Below, piece after piece: positions 49,376 to 58,580 of a DNA stretch of 64,000 bases (position 1 is its first letter; each line of letters starts with the position of its first letter). This DNA is from Gammaproteobacteria bacterium. GTDB lineage: Bacteria; Pseudomonadota; Gammaproteobacteria; JABABF01. A program made the position numbers and the translations under genes. The stretch spans positions 448,001-512,000 of the forward strand of contig OZ250153.1 in NCBI GenBank assembly GCA_965237805.1, read 5' to 3'. A model generated the notes under the pieces. It ran no database searches. It was not told the DNA's origin and saw nothing but the letters and a program-made list of their open reading frames with translations.

Positions 49376-50341
49376 ATGGCTGTTAATCTCGACAAACCTG
49401 CTCGATGGAAGGCTGATATCTTACGATCAGTCGATATGTACAACGCTTGGTTCATGCGATCCGCGCCGAAAGCATTCCGCAAGACGAGAACGCAGGCAAC
49501 CAGGGACGTTGAGGCAGCACTTCATGCGACTGGCAACCTCAGAGGGCTACAGCCCAGCTTGATCCGTGAACACCCGGAAATCTTACCCACATTACGCATG
49601 TCGGCTTGCCCACCACTCGCGGTCGACCGCCTCATCGGCCTCGCCGGGGTCTCCCCAAATCTCGTGCGTTGCATTGAGAAAAAGAAGCGTCTGCCAATGC
49701 GCATGGCACCGTCTGCTGTCGATGTCGAGCTCACCAAAATAGCGACCATTCTCACAAAGATGGCAGATCCAGATATTTTCACATGGCTCGATAATAAAAA
49801 GCTTGCGCCATCCAAAACTGCCGTACGCCGAGCCGCAACCATCATCGCGGATCGTCTCTGTGGTGCTGTCGCAAACCCTATCATCCGCAACGCCCAAGAG
49901 GAACGGCAACTCATCGTCATCCAGAAATGGCTTGAAACCCACAGTTATAAGAAACTTGTTAGGGGCGATGGTGTGGGATTTGATTCCATGCCCAAGGGAA
50001 GCTTTGGCTTTCACATGAATGTCCCCGGGCAGCTGGAGGATGGTGTGGGAAGTGTGAAGATTTCCATCGATTGCGTCGTCCAACCGAAAACTGTTCGGAA
50101 AGGAAAATTCCCAATTTTCTTTGAAGCAAAGTCGGCTGGTGATTTCACCAATACAAATAAGCGTCGCAAGGAAGAGGCGGTCAAAATGACACAACTTCGC
50201 AACGCCTATGGAAAGAAAGTGAAATTTTTCCTGTTCTTATGCGGCTACTTCAACAGTGGCTATCTCGGCTATGAAGCAGCCGAGGGAATTGACTGGGTTT
50301 GGGAACATCGTGTCGATGACTTGGCCAAGTGTGGTCTCTGA
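49376..50341 (+). CDS. XamI-family type II restriction endonuclease
   Basis: SVDMYNAWF, PPLAVDRLIGLAGV, ADRLCGAVANPIIRNAQE, EAKSAGDFTNTNKRRKEEA, GYLGYEAAEGIDWVWEHR. Confidence 0.8.
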   Translation: MAVNLDKPARWKADILRSVDMYNAWFMRSAPKAFRKTRTQATRDVEAALHATGNLRGLQPSLIREHPEILPTLRMSACPPLAVDRLIGLAGVSPNLVRCIEKKKRLPMRMAPSAVDVELTKIATILTKMADPDIFTWLDNKKLAPSKTAVRRAATIIADRLCGAVANPIIRNAQEERQLIVIQKWLETHSYKKLVRGDGVGFDSMPKGSFGFHMNVPGQLEDGVGSVKISIDCVVQPKTVRKGKFPIFFEAKSAGDFTNTNKRRKEEAVKMTQLRNAYGKKVKFFLFLCGYFNSGYLGYEAAEGIDWVWEHRVDDLAKCGL

Positions 50342-50344
50342 AAT

Positions 50345-51910
50345 ATGAATGGCTCTATTGACGCAGTTGAACAGAAGCGCCTCGCGCTACAGCTGGTGCT
50401 CGACAACCAAAAAACTCCATCTGAGCGCAATAGGCTGGGACAGTTTTCCACACCACCAACACTGGCAGAGGATATTCTCCGCAGTGCTGCATCGCTGCTC
50501 CCCGCCGATACCAAAATCCACTTCCTCGACCCTGCCATCGGCACAGGGTCGTTTTACTCAGCGCTCCTCAAAGTATCTCCCAAACCACGCATCAGCGAGG
50601 CACTCGGCTTCGAGATTGACCCGCACTATAGTGAGCCCAGCACCAAACTCTGGCAGCAACACGGCCTGGTGTTGCGGCTGTCGGACTTCACGCAAGCTGA
50701 ACCAGATCGGCGTTTCAATCTTGTCATCTGCAACCCACCGTACGTGCGCCATCACCACTTGCGGAACGACGACAAGTGTCGTATGCGACTTCGCACACAG
50801 CAGACGAGCGGAATGCAACTGAGTGGCTTGGCTGGTCTCTATTGCCACTTCCTAGGGATTGCTCATTCCTGGATGGCTACTGACGGCATAGCAGCATGGC
50901 TGCTCCCGAGTGAGTTCATGGATGTGAACTACGGCCAAGCCGTAAAACAATATCTTCTGGACCGCGTCACACTCCTGCATATTCACCGCTTCGACCCACA
51001 AGATGCCCAGTTCACCGATGCCATTGTTTCTTCCGCTATCGTGTTATTCCGCAACACCCCACCACCCACCAAACACAAGGTCCTCTTTTCTTTTGGCGGT
51101 ACGCTGCTTAAACCGAAAGTCGCACGCCATATCCCAGCGCACACCCTAGCGTATGCGTCTAAGTGGACACACTTCCCGGCCAGCGCGGTGCGCAAGCGCC
51201 CCCACACTCTGACACTTAGCGACTTCTTCCAGATCAAGCGTGGGCTTGTGACGGGTAACAACAAGTTCTTTATCTTGCCAGAGGAAACAATCTTGGCTCG
51301 GAACCTGCCGCTGGAGGTTTTTACTCCCATCCTGCCAAGTCCGCGTCACCTCCAGCAAAACGAAGTCCGATCCCGCCAAGACGGATCACCTGATATTGCG
51401 CCACGTTTGTTTCTCCTCGACACCAAGAAAACGCATGAGGAAATCTGTGCTCATTATCCCACTCTCTCCACCTACCTCGCAGAGGGTCGGGAAAAAGGCA
51501 TCTGCAAACGCTATCTATGTAGCCGCCGTTCGCCGTGGTATAGCCAAGAGCACCGGCCAGCAGCTCCTATTGTGTGCACCTACTTTGGGCGTTGCGGAAC
51601 CAAGGCTGGCCGTCCTTTCAGATTTATACTGAATGAGTCTCGCGCGACCGTGGCAAATGTTTATCTCGCCATGTACCCCAAACTGGCGCTGAGCCGGATA
51701 TTGGAGAAAGATGTAACTTTGATGCGTCATATCTGGACCAAGCTCAACCAGATTGAGGTTGCGGAACTCCTGGGCGAAGGACGAGTTTACGGTGGCGGAT
51801 TACACAAATTAGAACCACGGGAGCTGGGGCATATCCCTGCGACATTTCTGGCCGATCTGCTGCCATCCTCCTCTTTTCAACTGAAATCCCAGCAGGTCAG
51901 TCTTTTTTAA
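50345..51910 (+). CDS. N6-adenine DNA methyltransferase (gamma class), cognate of the XamI-like nuclease
   Basis: GQFSTP, LDPAIGTG motif I before ICNPPY motif IV; GRVYGGGLHKLEPREL C-terminus. Confidence 0.9.
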   Translation: MNGSIDAVEQKRLALQLVLDNQKTPSERNRLGQFSTPPTLAEDILRSAASLLPADTKIHFLDPAIGTGSFYSALLKVSPKPRISEALGFEIDPHYSEPSTKLWQQHGLVLRLSDFTQAEPDRRFNLVICNPPYVRHHHLRNDDKCRMRLRTQQTSGMQLSGLAGLYCHFLGIAHSWMATDGIAAWLLPSEFMDVNYGQAVKQYLLDRVTLLHIHRFDPQDAQFTDAIVSSAIVLFRNTPPPTKHKVLFSFGGTLLKPKVARHIPAHTLAYASKWTHFPASAVRKRPHTLTLSDFFQIKRGLVTGNNKFFILPEETILARNLPLEVFTPILPSPRHLQQNEVRSRQDGSPDIAPRLFLLDTKKTHEEICAHYPTLSTYLAEGREKGICKRYLCSRRSPWYSQEHRPAAPIVCTYFGRCGTKAGRPFRFILNESRATVANVYLAMYPKLALSRILEKDVTLMRHIWTKLNQIEVAELLGEGRVYGGGLHKLEPRELGHIPATFLADLLPSSSFQLKSQQVSLF

Positions 51911-51999
51911 AGGCGGCAGCTCACTTCACTGTGAGTCACATCCCAGACTTCCCAAACGTACAAGCGCTGAGCGGGGAGCCGCGATACGCTCAGCCCCTC

Positions 52000-52070
52000 A
52001 CTTACTTCACCACCGCCCAATAGCACTCGTAGCATTCGCTGGCAGCTTGTTTGGACGAGTTGTTCGAATC
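52000..52070 (+). pseudogene. Remnant copy of the 3' end of the dienelactone hydrolase gene at 48374-49117
   Basis: 52026-52067 matches 49069-49110 at 37/42 nt without gaps; TGG(Trp) has become TAG. Confidence 0.85.
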
Positions 52071-52084
52071 CCCGGAAAAGATCT

Positions 52085-52912
52085 ATGAACAATATCCTGT
52101 TAACCGCCGCCATCATCAGCTTTGTTTCCGTCTGCTTAACGCTGACAATCCGCATGCGGTCAATAGCAAAAGAATTTAAATATAAAACAAATTTCCCACC
52201 CTATGTCTGGTACCGTGGAGCAGCGTATAAAAAATGCGACCTGAGCATGGATGATGATCTCTTCACCTATATAGGGTCATATGCAGGAATTGTGCTGCTA
52301 TTCTCTGCTCTAGAGTATATTGTAGAAGGCGATGTCGGCCAAATAGAACAAGTGCAATTATTGGGAATGGGGGGGGCTTTCCTTGGGCTTATTGTGGGTG
52401 GTTTTGTATTCAAGATGATCGGCCTACTCGCAAGCACTATTTGGGCCAACTTCGTTTTATACCGCACCAAAAATCCAGTTTCTTTGACCGGCACTATGAT
52501 AGTTTGGATGGCGGCATTCGAAATGTTAGGGGCATATATTGGTTTATTAACTGGGCTAATATCAGCGATATTATATTTCTCTCTAGCATGGTTTGAAATT
52601 AATATATATAAAGCTATCATTCTATCAGCACCCCTCATTGCGATCACCGCTTACAGCCTCTACAGAAAACCCTTTGTTGAAAAAGGAAATGCCAATTATT
52701 TTCTGAATGATATCGCACAAAGGCTAGGGGACAAGTATCAACTAACCGCATGCATGGAATGTCCAGAAACTTTTGCAACAGAACTCTTGCCAGAAATCGT
52801 TGAACCCGCCAAACCAATTGATCTAGGGAAAAGACAACCGTTCGGGAAAACTCCCATCCTTATCGAATCGCGTGACGAACGTTTCAAACCTGCTAATAAG
52901 GCCGATAATTGA
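52085..52912 (+). CDS. Hypothetical AT-rich multi-pass membrane protein
   Basis: 275-aa ORF with about 5 hydrophobic segments and a CMEC motif in the soluble tail; visibly AT-rich. Confidence 0.7.
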   Translation: MNNILLTAAIISFVSVCLTLTIRMRSIAKEFKYKTNFPPYVWYRGAAYKKCDLSMDDDLFTYIGSYAGIVLLFSALEYIVEGDVGQIEQVQLLGMGGAFLGLIVGGFVFKMIGLLASTIWANFVLYRTKNPVSLTGTMIVWMAAFEMLGAYIGLLTGLISAILYFSLAWFEINIYKAIILSAPLIAITAYSLYRKPFVEKGNANYFLNDIAQRLGDKYQLTACMECPETFATELLPEIVEPAKPIDLGKRQPFGKTPILIESRDERFKPANKADN

Positions 52913-53096
52913 TCTGGCAGAGGGACCGATCCTTTCAGGGTCGCAGGTCATCTAAGCACGGATCTACGCCCGACAATATCACCGCAAGGTGGGGTATGTT
53001 GCAGGATGCAAGCATACCGGACACAACTGACACACCAGCTATAATGCAGAATCGATCTCCCCGCCACCAACTCGGCCACAAGGAGCGTCACCAGCC

Positions 53097-53981
53097 ATGG
53101 ATAACCCCCTCGGCAAACTCGGTGTCTGGTCTTTTATCGACCACCTGACAGCGCCCGACGCGGTGGCCTTCGCCCGCCAAGTCGAGGATTGGGGCTACCC
53201 CACGCTGTGGCTGCCGGAAGCGGTGGGACGAGACCCCTTCGCGATCATCGTCCACCTCGCCGCACATACCGAGCAGCTGGTCTTTGCCACCGGTATCGCC
53301 AACATCTACGCCCGCGATGCCATGACCATGAACGCCATCCACAAAAGTGTCAGCGAGCTGGCCCCCGGGCGCTTCGTGCTCGGCCTCGGCGTCTCGCACG
53401 CGCCGATGGTCACGGATCTGCGCGGGCATGAATACGGCAAACCGGTCTCGACGATGCGCCGCTATCTGGAGCAGATGGAGCAAGCCATGTACTTCGCCCC
53501 GCAGCCCGAGCAGCCCGCGCCCATCGTGTTGGCTGCGCTGCGCACCAATATGCTCAAGCTGGCGGCCGAGAAAACCGCTGGCTGCCACCCCTATTTCGTG
53601 CCGCCAGAACACACCGCACGCGCCCGCCAGACCCTCGGCCCGGATGCATGGCTGTGCCCGGAGCAGATGGCCATGCTGGAGAGCGACCCGGCGACGGCGC
53701 GGGCGGCGGCGCGCAAGCAGATCAGCGTCTATGTGCAGCTGCCCAACTACCGCAACAACCTGCTGGAGCTGGGCTTCGCCAGCGAGGACTTCGAAGACGG
53801 CGGCAGCGACAAGCTGGTAGATGCCATCGTCGTCTGGGGCGACGAGCGCGCCATCCGCGAGCGTCTGCAAGCACACTGGGATGCTGGTGCCGACCATGTC
53901 TGCGTACAGGCGCTGCGCAAGGACGGCAAAACGGGTGTGGATACCGAGCTGCTGGCGCTGCTGGCACCCGGGCGGGGTTGA
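53097..53981 (+). CDS. LLM-class oxidoreductase (F420-dependent-like, MSMEG_4141/TIGR03620 type)
   Basis: LWLPEAVGRDPF, ATGIANIYAR, GRFVLGLGVSH, LAALRTNML, HPYFVPPEHT, AGADHV. Confidence 0.85.
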   Translation: MDNPLGKLGVWSFIDHLTAPDAVAFARQVEDWGYPTLWLPEAVGRDPFAIIVHLAAHTEQLVFATGIANIYARDAMTMNAIHKSVSELAPGRFVLGLGVSHAPMVTDLRGHEYGKPVSTMRRYLEQMEQAMYFAPQPEQPAPIVLAALRTNMLKLAAEKTAGCHPYFVPPEHTARARQTLGPDAWLCPEQMAMLESDPATARAAARKQISVYVQLPNYRNNLLELGFASEDFEDGGSDKLVDAIVVWGDERAIRERLQAHWDAGADHVCVQALRKDGKTGVDTELLALLAPGRG

Positions 53982-54058
53982 TTGATGAAGCGGATCAATG
54001 GCAAGCGCACCACCATACCCACCTTTGCCCCTGCCCCCACGGGCGGCAGCTGCGGCAA

Positions 54059-54087
54059 TTGACACCCCCCAATCACCCCGCTATAGT
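54059..54087 (+). promoter_or_regulatory. Putative sigma70 promoter
   Basis: TTGACA-17 nt-TATAGT. Confidence 0.7.
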
Positions 54088-54149
54088 GTGAGATTACCTT
54101 GGTTCCAAGCGACGAAAACTGATACCGATCCCGGTCGCCTTAGACAGCC

Positions 54150-54215
54150 ATGACCATCCTTTACCGCATCCTACACCTCTGCCTATTGGTAGCCATTTTC
54201 ATCCGTCTCGGTTGA
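54150..54215 (+). CDS. Candidate 21-aa hydrophobic small peptide MTILYRILHLCLLVAIFIRLG
   Basis: Short ORF downstream of the promoter; single TM-like helix; weak RBS. Confidence 0.3.
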   Translation: MTILYRILHLCLLVAIFIRLG

Positions 54216-54297
54216 CAAAACCGCCACATCGGGAGCACACCATGAGCGATTTTTACCTTAATTGCCAACAGTGCCGTCATTGGCTGTAGCAACACCC

Positions 54298-55530
54298 ATG
54301 GAAAAATACATCGTCGTCTCATCGGACTGCCACGCTGGCCTGCCGATACAACAGTACCGCGACTATATCGACCCCAAATACCGGAAGACGCTGGACGAGT
54401 CCGCCCCGATTGAGATAGCTCTCTCCGAGCGCGCCTCTGAGAGCTTCCTGATCAAAGACATCAACGAGCAATGGCGCAAGGGCATCGAGACCGCGCTCAC
54501 TGGCGCTTGGGATCACAATGAGCGCATCAAGGTGCTCGATCGCGACGGTATCGCCGTCGAAGTGGTATTCCCGGACGGCATCACCGAGATCAACATGCCT
54601 CCTTTCGGTGCTGGCATTGGCTTGGACACAAACGAGGACATCGTGCCAGAACTGCAGTGGGCCGGTGCGCGAGCGCACAACCGCTGGCTGGCAGAGCTGT
54701 GCTCACAATCGCCAGAACGCCACATCGGCCTCGCCATCGTGCCGGTGTGCTGGGACATCGACGACGCAATCGCCGAGGCACGCTGGGCCCATGAGAACGG
54801 CCTCAAGGGTGTGCTGCTACCGCTGATGACGCGCCATCACCACGGCTACAACCACCGCAGCTATCACCCCTTCTGGCAGGTCTGCGAAGATCTCGGCTTG
54901 GTCGTGCACTTCCATTCCGGTGCCGCCCCCCGCGAGCAGTACTTCGGGCCACAGTGGCCAGAAGTCGCCGACCCGGACTGCGTTGGTGCCATCGGCACCT
55001 ATGTCACCGAAGTGCTGTGGTGGACCTACCGCCCATTGCATTTCTTGATCTGGGGCGGAGTCTTCGAGACTTTCCCCAAACTGAAGGTCGCCATCACCGA
55101 AACCGGCACTGGCTGGATGGTGCCACCGTGGCTGCGGCTGATGGATCACCATTACCACGACACTAAGTTCTCGAAAAAAATGGGCGATTTCACCTCCCAT
55201 CTGTCGCTCTCCCCCTCCGAATACTTCCGTCGCAATGTCGCCATCGGTGCCAGCTGCACCTCCCGCGCCGATGCCGAGATACGCCACGAGATTGGCTTGG
55301 AGCAGATGATGTGGGGCAGCGATTACCCGCATCCAGAGGGGAGTTGGCCGCACACCCACGACCAGATGATCAGTGCTTTCAACGGCCTGCCGGACAACGA
55401 GATCGCGCTGATGCTGGGCGAGAACGCCGTGCGCTTCTACGGCTTGGACAGGGCGGCCCTGCAACCGGTGGTCGATCGCATCGGCCCCGACAAGGCAGAC
55501 TTCTCGCCAGCTCCAAACGCTGGGCACTAA
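54298..55530 (+). CDS. Amidohydrolase_2 family metal-dependent hydrolase
   Basis: VSSDCHAG, HNRWLAELC, HFHSG, GVFETFPKLK, MWGSDYPHPEGSWP, ENAVRFY. Confidence 0.88.
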   Translation: MEKYIVVSSDCHAGLPIQQYRDYIDPKYRKTLDESAPIEIALSERASESFLIKDINEQWRKGIETALTGAWDHNERIKVLDRDGIAVEVVFPDGITEINMPPFGAGIGLDTNEDIVPELQWAGARAHNRWLAELCSQSPERHIGLAIVPVCWDIDDAIAEARWAHENGLKGVLLPLMTRHHHGYNHRSYHPFWQVCEDLGLVVHFHSGAAPREQYFGPQWPEVADPDCVGAIGTYVTEVLWWTYRPLHFLIWGGVFETFPKLKVAITETGTGWMVPPWLRLMDHHYHDTKFSKKMGDFTSHLSLSPSEYFRRNVAIGASCTSRADAEIRHEIGLEQMMWGSDYPHPEGSWPHTHDQMISAFNGLPDNEIALMLGENAVRFYGLDRAALQPVVDRIGPDKADFSPAPNAGH

Positions 55531-55560
55531 ACACCCCCACCACTTGAGCATAGCGCGGCG

Positions 55561-56451
55561 ATGAGCGAAGACTATTTCAGCGGCAAGGTCGCTGTGATCA
55601 CTGGTGGTGCCAGCGGCGTCGGTCGCTCGCTGGCCTTTGCGCTGGGTCGGCGCGGCGCGGCGGTGGCGATCGGTGATGTCGATGACTCGGCGCTGGCCGA
55701 AACCGAAGCGGCACTGCGCGCTGAGGGGATCCCCGTATTGGCGCAACGCTGCGATGTCACTTCCCCCGACAGCCTCAAAGCGATGGCCGAGGCCACCCTC
55801 GCCACGCATGACAGCGGCATTGATATCGTCTTCGCCAACGCCGGCATCTCCGCTGGCGAGACCGGCAAGATGTGGGAATATTCAATGCACGATTGGAATT
55901 GGTGCCTGAATGTCAATATGTGGGGGCCGATCCACTGCATCAACGCCTTCATGCCCATCCTGATCGCCCAGGATCGTCCGGCCCACTTCTCCATCACCGG
56001 CTCGGGCAACGGCGCATTCCTCGTCTTGCCAGACGCGCCGATCTACACCATTAGCAAGGCCGCTATACACGCCCTCACCGAGGGCTTGCACTATCAGTGC
56101 ATGGACACCAAAGTGCAAGTGCACGCGCTGTTTCCGGGGCCGCATGTGGTCGATACCGGCCTGTTCAACTCGAGCCGGGTGCGCCCGACGGAGTTTGCCA
56201 AAACCGGTAGCGCCGACAAAAATGAAAGCGGCATCAGCTCGCTGGCAGATATGAAGCGTGTGATGGCGGAGCACGGCATCGAGCTGGAGAGCACGCACCC
56301 GGACGAAGTGGCCGCCAATGTCCTGCGCTGTATGGAGCGCGGTGACTTCTGGATGCTGGAGACGACAGAGGAGTCGGAAGCGAAGCTCGAGCGGCGCTAC
56401 CAGATGATCATGCACAAACAAAACCCAACACCAGAAATGGTGGGCAACTAG
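55561..56451 (+). CDS. SDR family oxidoreductase
   Basis: ITGGASGVG, FANAG, YTISK (YxxxK). Confidence 0.9.
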   Translation: MSEDYFSGKVAVITGGASGVGRSLAFALGRRGAAVAIGDVDDSALAETEAALRAEGIPVLAQRCDVTSPDSLKAMAEATLATHDSGIDIVFANAGISAGETGKMWEYSMHDWNWCLNVNMWGPIHCINAFMPILIAQDRPAHFSITGSGNGAFLVLPDAPIYTISKAAIHALTEGLHYQCMDTKVQVHALFPGPHVVDTGLFNSSRVRPTEFAKTGSADKNESGISSLADMKRVMAEHGIELESTHPDEVAANVLRCMERGDFWMLETTEESEAKLERRYQMIMHKQNPTPEMVGN

Positions 56452-56495
56452 TGTCTCACCCCCAAAAAACCAAACAGAGTCACAAGGATCCCGCA

Positions 56496-57614
56496 ATGGC
56501 AACAGCAAAGGCAAAATCAAAAGAGCACAACATCGCACCGAGGGCGGAGGACGTCTTGAGGCCCCGCCCGGTGGGTGAAATGCTGTTCGCACCAGAGCAG
56601 GGCATCGGGCCAGCGGTCGAGAGGATCGATACCACAACGGTCGGCAATCGCGCACCGCGCTATGAGATGCCGATGCCGCTGGGCTGGTTCTGCGTCGCCT
56701 ACAGCGATGAACTCAAGCCCGGCGCAGTCGTGCCGCTACGCTATTTCGGCGAAGACTTGGTGATGTTCCGCAGCGAATCCGGAGTGGCGCATGTCATGGA
56801 TGCCTTCTGCCCACACTTGGGCGCACACTTGGGCTACGGCGGCAGCGTCCATGGCGAATCCATCGCCTGCCCATTCCACGGCTGGCGCTTCAACGGCGAC
56901 GGCGAGTGTGTCGAGGTCCCCTACGCCTCGCGCAAACCGACCAAGGTGGCCAAGGGGCAGTGCATTTACAGCTACCCGACCGTAGAGCGCAACCGCATGA
57001 TCTGGGCCTGGTACCACCCGCACCGCGCCGAGCCGAGCTTTGAGGTCGAAGAAGTCACCGAGACCACCGACCCGAAATGGACGGAGTACGATCGCTTTGA
57101 ATGGAGCATCAACACGGTGCTCCAAGAGGCCGGAGAAAACGGTGTCGACACCGCGCACTTTGTCTATGTGCACTCGTCCGCAAAAATGCCCAGAGGCACG
57201 GTCACGCTGGATGGCCCTCGGCGCTGCACCGATGTCATCTCGAATAACGCGCCGATCGACGAGCAGGGCCAACGCGATTTCGACAATATCACGCCCATCC
57301 ACCTGCTGACCAAAAACTGCGGCCCCGGCCAGACCATGCAGTGGTTCGGCTACCAATGTGATACGGTGATGCTCGGCGCTGTGACCCCGATAGACCACGA
57401 GCACATCCACCTACGCTTCGCCTTCACCCAACCCAAAGACCAGTTGGAAGCCCACCGGGTGCTGGCCAAAGGCATCATCAATAATGTCGTGGAGCAGGTC
57501 GGCCAAGACATCCCGATCTGGGAGCACAAGAAATACCAGCACCAACCGGCATTGTGCGACGGCGACGGGCCGGTTGCCCAGTACCGCAAATGGTTCAAAC
57601 AGTTCTACGCCTGA
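56496..57614 (+). CDS. Rieske non-heme iron oxygenase, KshA/Neverland (sterol ring) type
   Basis: CPHLGAH...CPFHGW Rieske ligands; ENGVDTAHFVYVH; C-terminal QDIPIWEHK...DGDGPVAQYRKWFKQFY. Confidence 0.88.
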   Translation: MATAKAKSKEHNIAPRAEDVLRPRPVGEMLFAPEQGIGPAVERIDTTTVGNRAPRYEMPMPLGWFCVAYSDELKPGAVVPLRYFGEDLVMFRSESGVAHVMDAFCPHLGAHLGYGGSVHGESIACPFHGWRFNGDGECVEVPYASRKPTKVAKGQCIYSYPTVERNRMIWAWYHPHRAEPSFEVEEVTETTDPKWTEYDRFEWSINTVLQEAGENGVDTAHFVYVHSSAKMPRGTVTLDGPRRCTDVISNNAPIDEQGQRDFDNITPIHLLTKNCGPGQTMQWFGYQCDTVMLGAVTPIDHEHIHLRFAFTQPKDQLEAHRVLAKGIINNVVEQVGQDIPIWEHKKYQHQPALCDGDGPVAQYRKWFKQFYA

Positions 57615-57681
57615 TCCGCCACCACCACAGCGCATCGCGCAAGCCCAACCCTCCCCAAAAACACCACGGAAGGAATACACC

Positions 57682-58482
57682 ATGTCGGACCCCAACAACC
57701 CACAAATCACCCCCGGAGAGATCAGCAATTGGCCGATGCTGAAGATCAAATACCCCACCGACCCGGCCAAGCTAGCCGCCTTGTTGCCCCCCGGCATCGA
57801 GCCCGGCACCGAGCCCAATGTGACCCTGACCATCTACAACTTCCCGGTCAACAACGAGCCGGAGTTCGGCATCGTTACGACCGTCGATGCCGATTACGAC
57901 GGCATGGCGGGTCAGTATGCGCTGGGCTACGGCATCGACCAAGAAGCCGCCATCTTCACCAGCCAACAGCGCAACGGACAGCCCAAGTTCCCGTGCGACA
58001 CCACCTATTACCGCTTTGGCGACCAAGTCGAGGCCAAGTGCTGCCACCACGGCTACACCTTCGTCGAGTTCAGCGGCCAGGCGACCACCGTCGAGGAGAA
58101 TCCGGCGCAGTACGAAGAGAATGAGTGGTGGATCAAGGTATCGCTGGCCGCCGGTATGATGCCGACCGAAGCCTACGACTACCCGCCGCATGTCGTGCGG
58201 GTGCGCAGCGTCTACGGCACAGCTCGTTACGAGCGCGTCGCGGGCACACTGAAGCTAGGTGACAGCCCGTGGGACCCCATCCTCGAGCGGCTGCCGATGC
58301 AGGCACCGGCCGCCGCCCACCTGTGGACACCGATCTTCATGGATCGCGACATCACCACTGCGGGCAAATTGGATCCGGCAGCTTTCCGGCCCTACGCCGA
58401 TGTGATCAGCGGTTCCCGCTGGCCCGGCGCGAACGGCGGGCCGCAAGCGGCTGCGATAGAGGCGGTGAGAAAAGCCGCCTGA
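57682..58482 (+). CDS. Acetoacetate decarboxylase (ADC)-like family protein
   Basis: YPTDPAKLAALLPPG, GQPK, LKLGDSPWDPILERLP; AAGGA RBS. Confidence 0.75.
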   Translation: MSDPNNPQITPGEISNWPMLKIKYPTDPAKLAALLPPGIEPGTEPNVTLTIYNFPVNNEPEFGIVTTVDADYDGMAGQYALGYGIDQEAAIFTSQQRNGQPKFPCDTTYYRFGDQVEAKCCHHGYTFVEFSGQATTVEENPAQYEENEWWIKVSLAAGMMPTEAYDYPPHVVRVRSVYGTARYERVAGTLKLGDSPWDPILERLPMQAPAAAHLWTPIFMDRDITTAGKLDPAAFRPYADVISGSRWPGANGGPQAAAIEAVRKAA

Positions 58483-58580
58483 GCCGCCCCAATGGCTTGG
58501 CACTGGCGAGAGCTGGTGCCGAGCTTGTTAGGGAAATCGCGATTTCCCCGACCACACAGCAGCCCAAACAGCTGCTTCGC

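Noticed and set aside
53088-55809. Long antisense ORFs (53088-54065, 54817-55809) and similar ones such as 2802-3785 and 47394-48275
   Set aside because: Shadow ORFs opposite well-supported genes, expected in high-GC DNA
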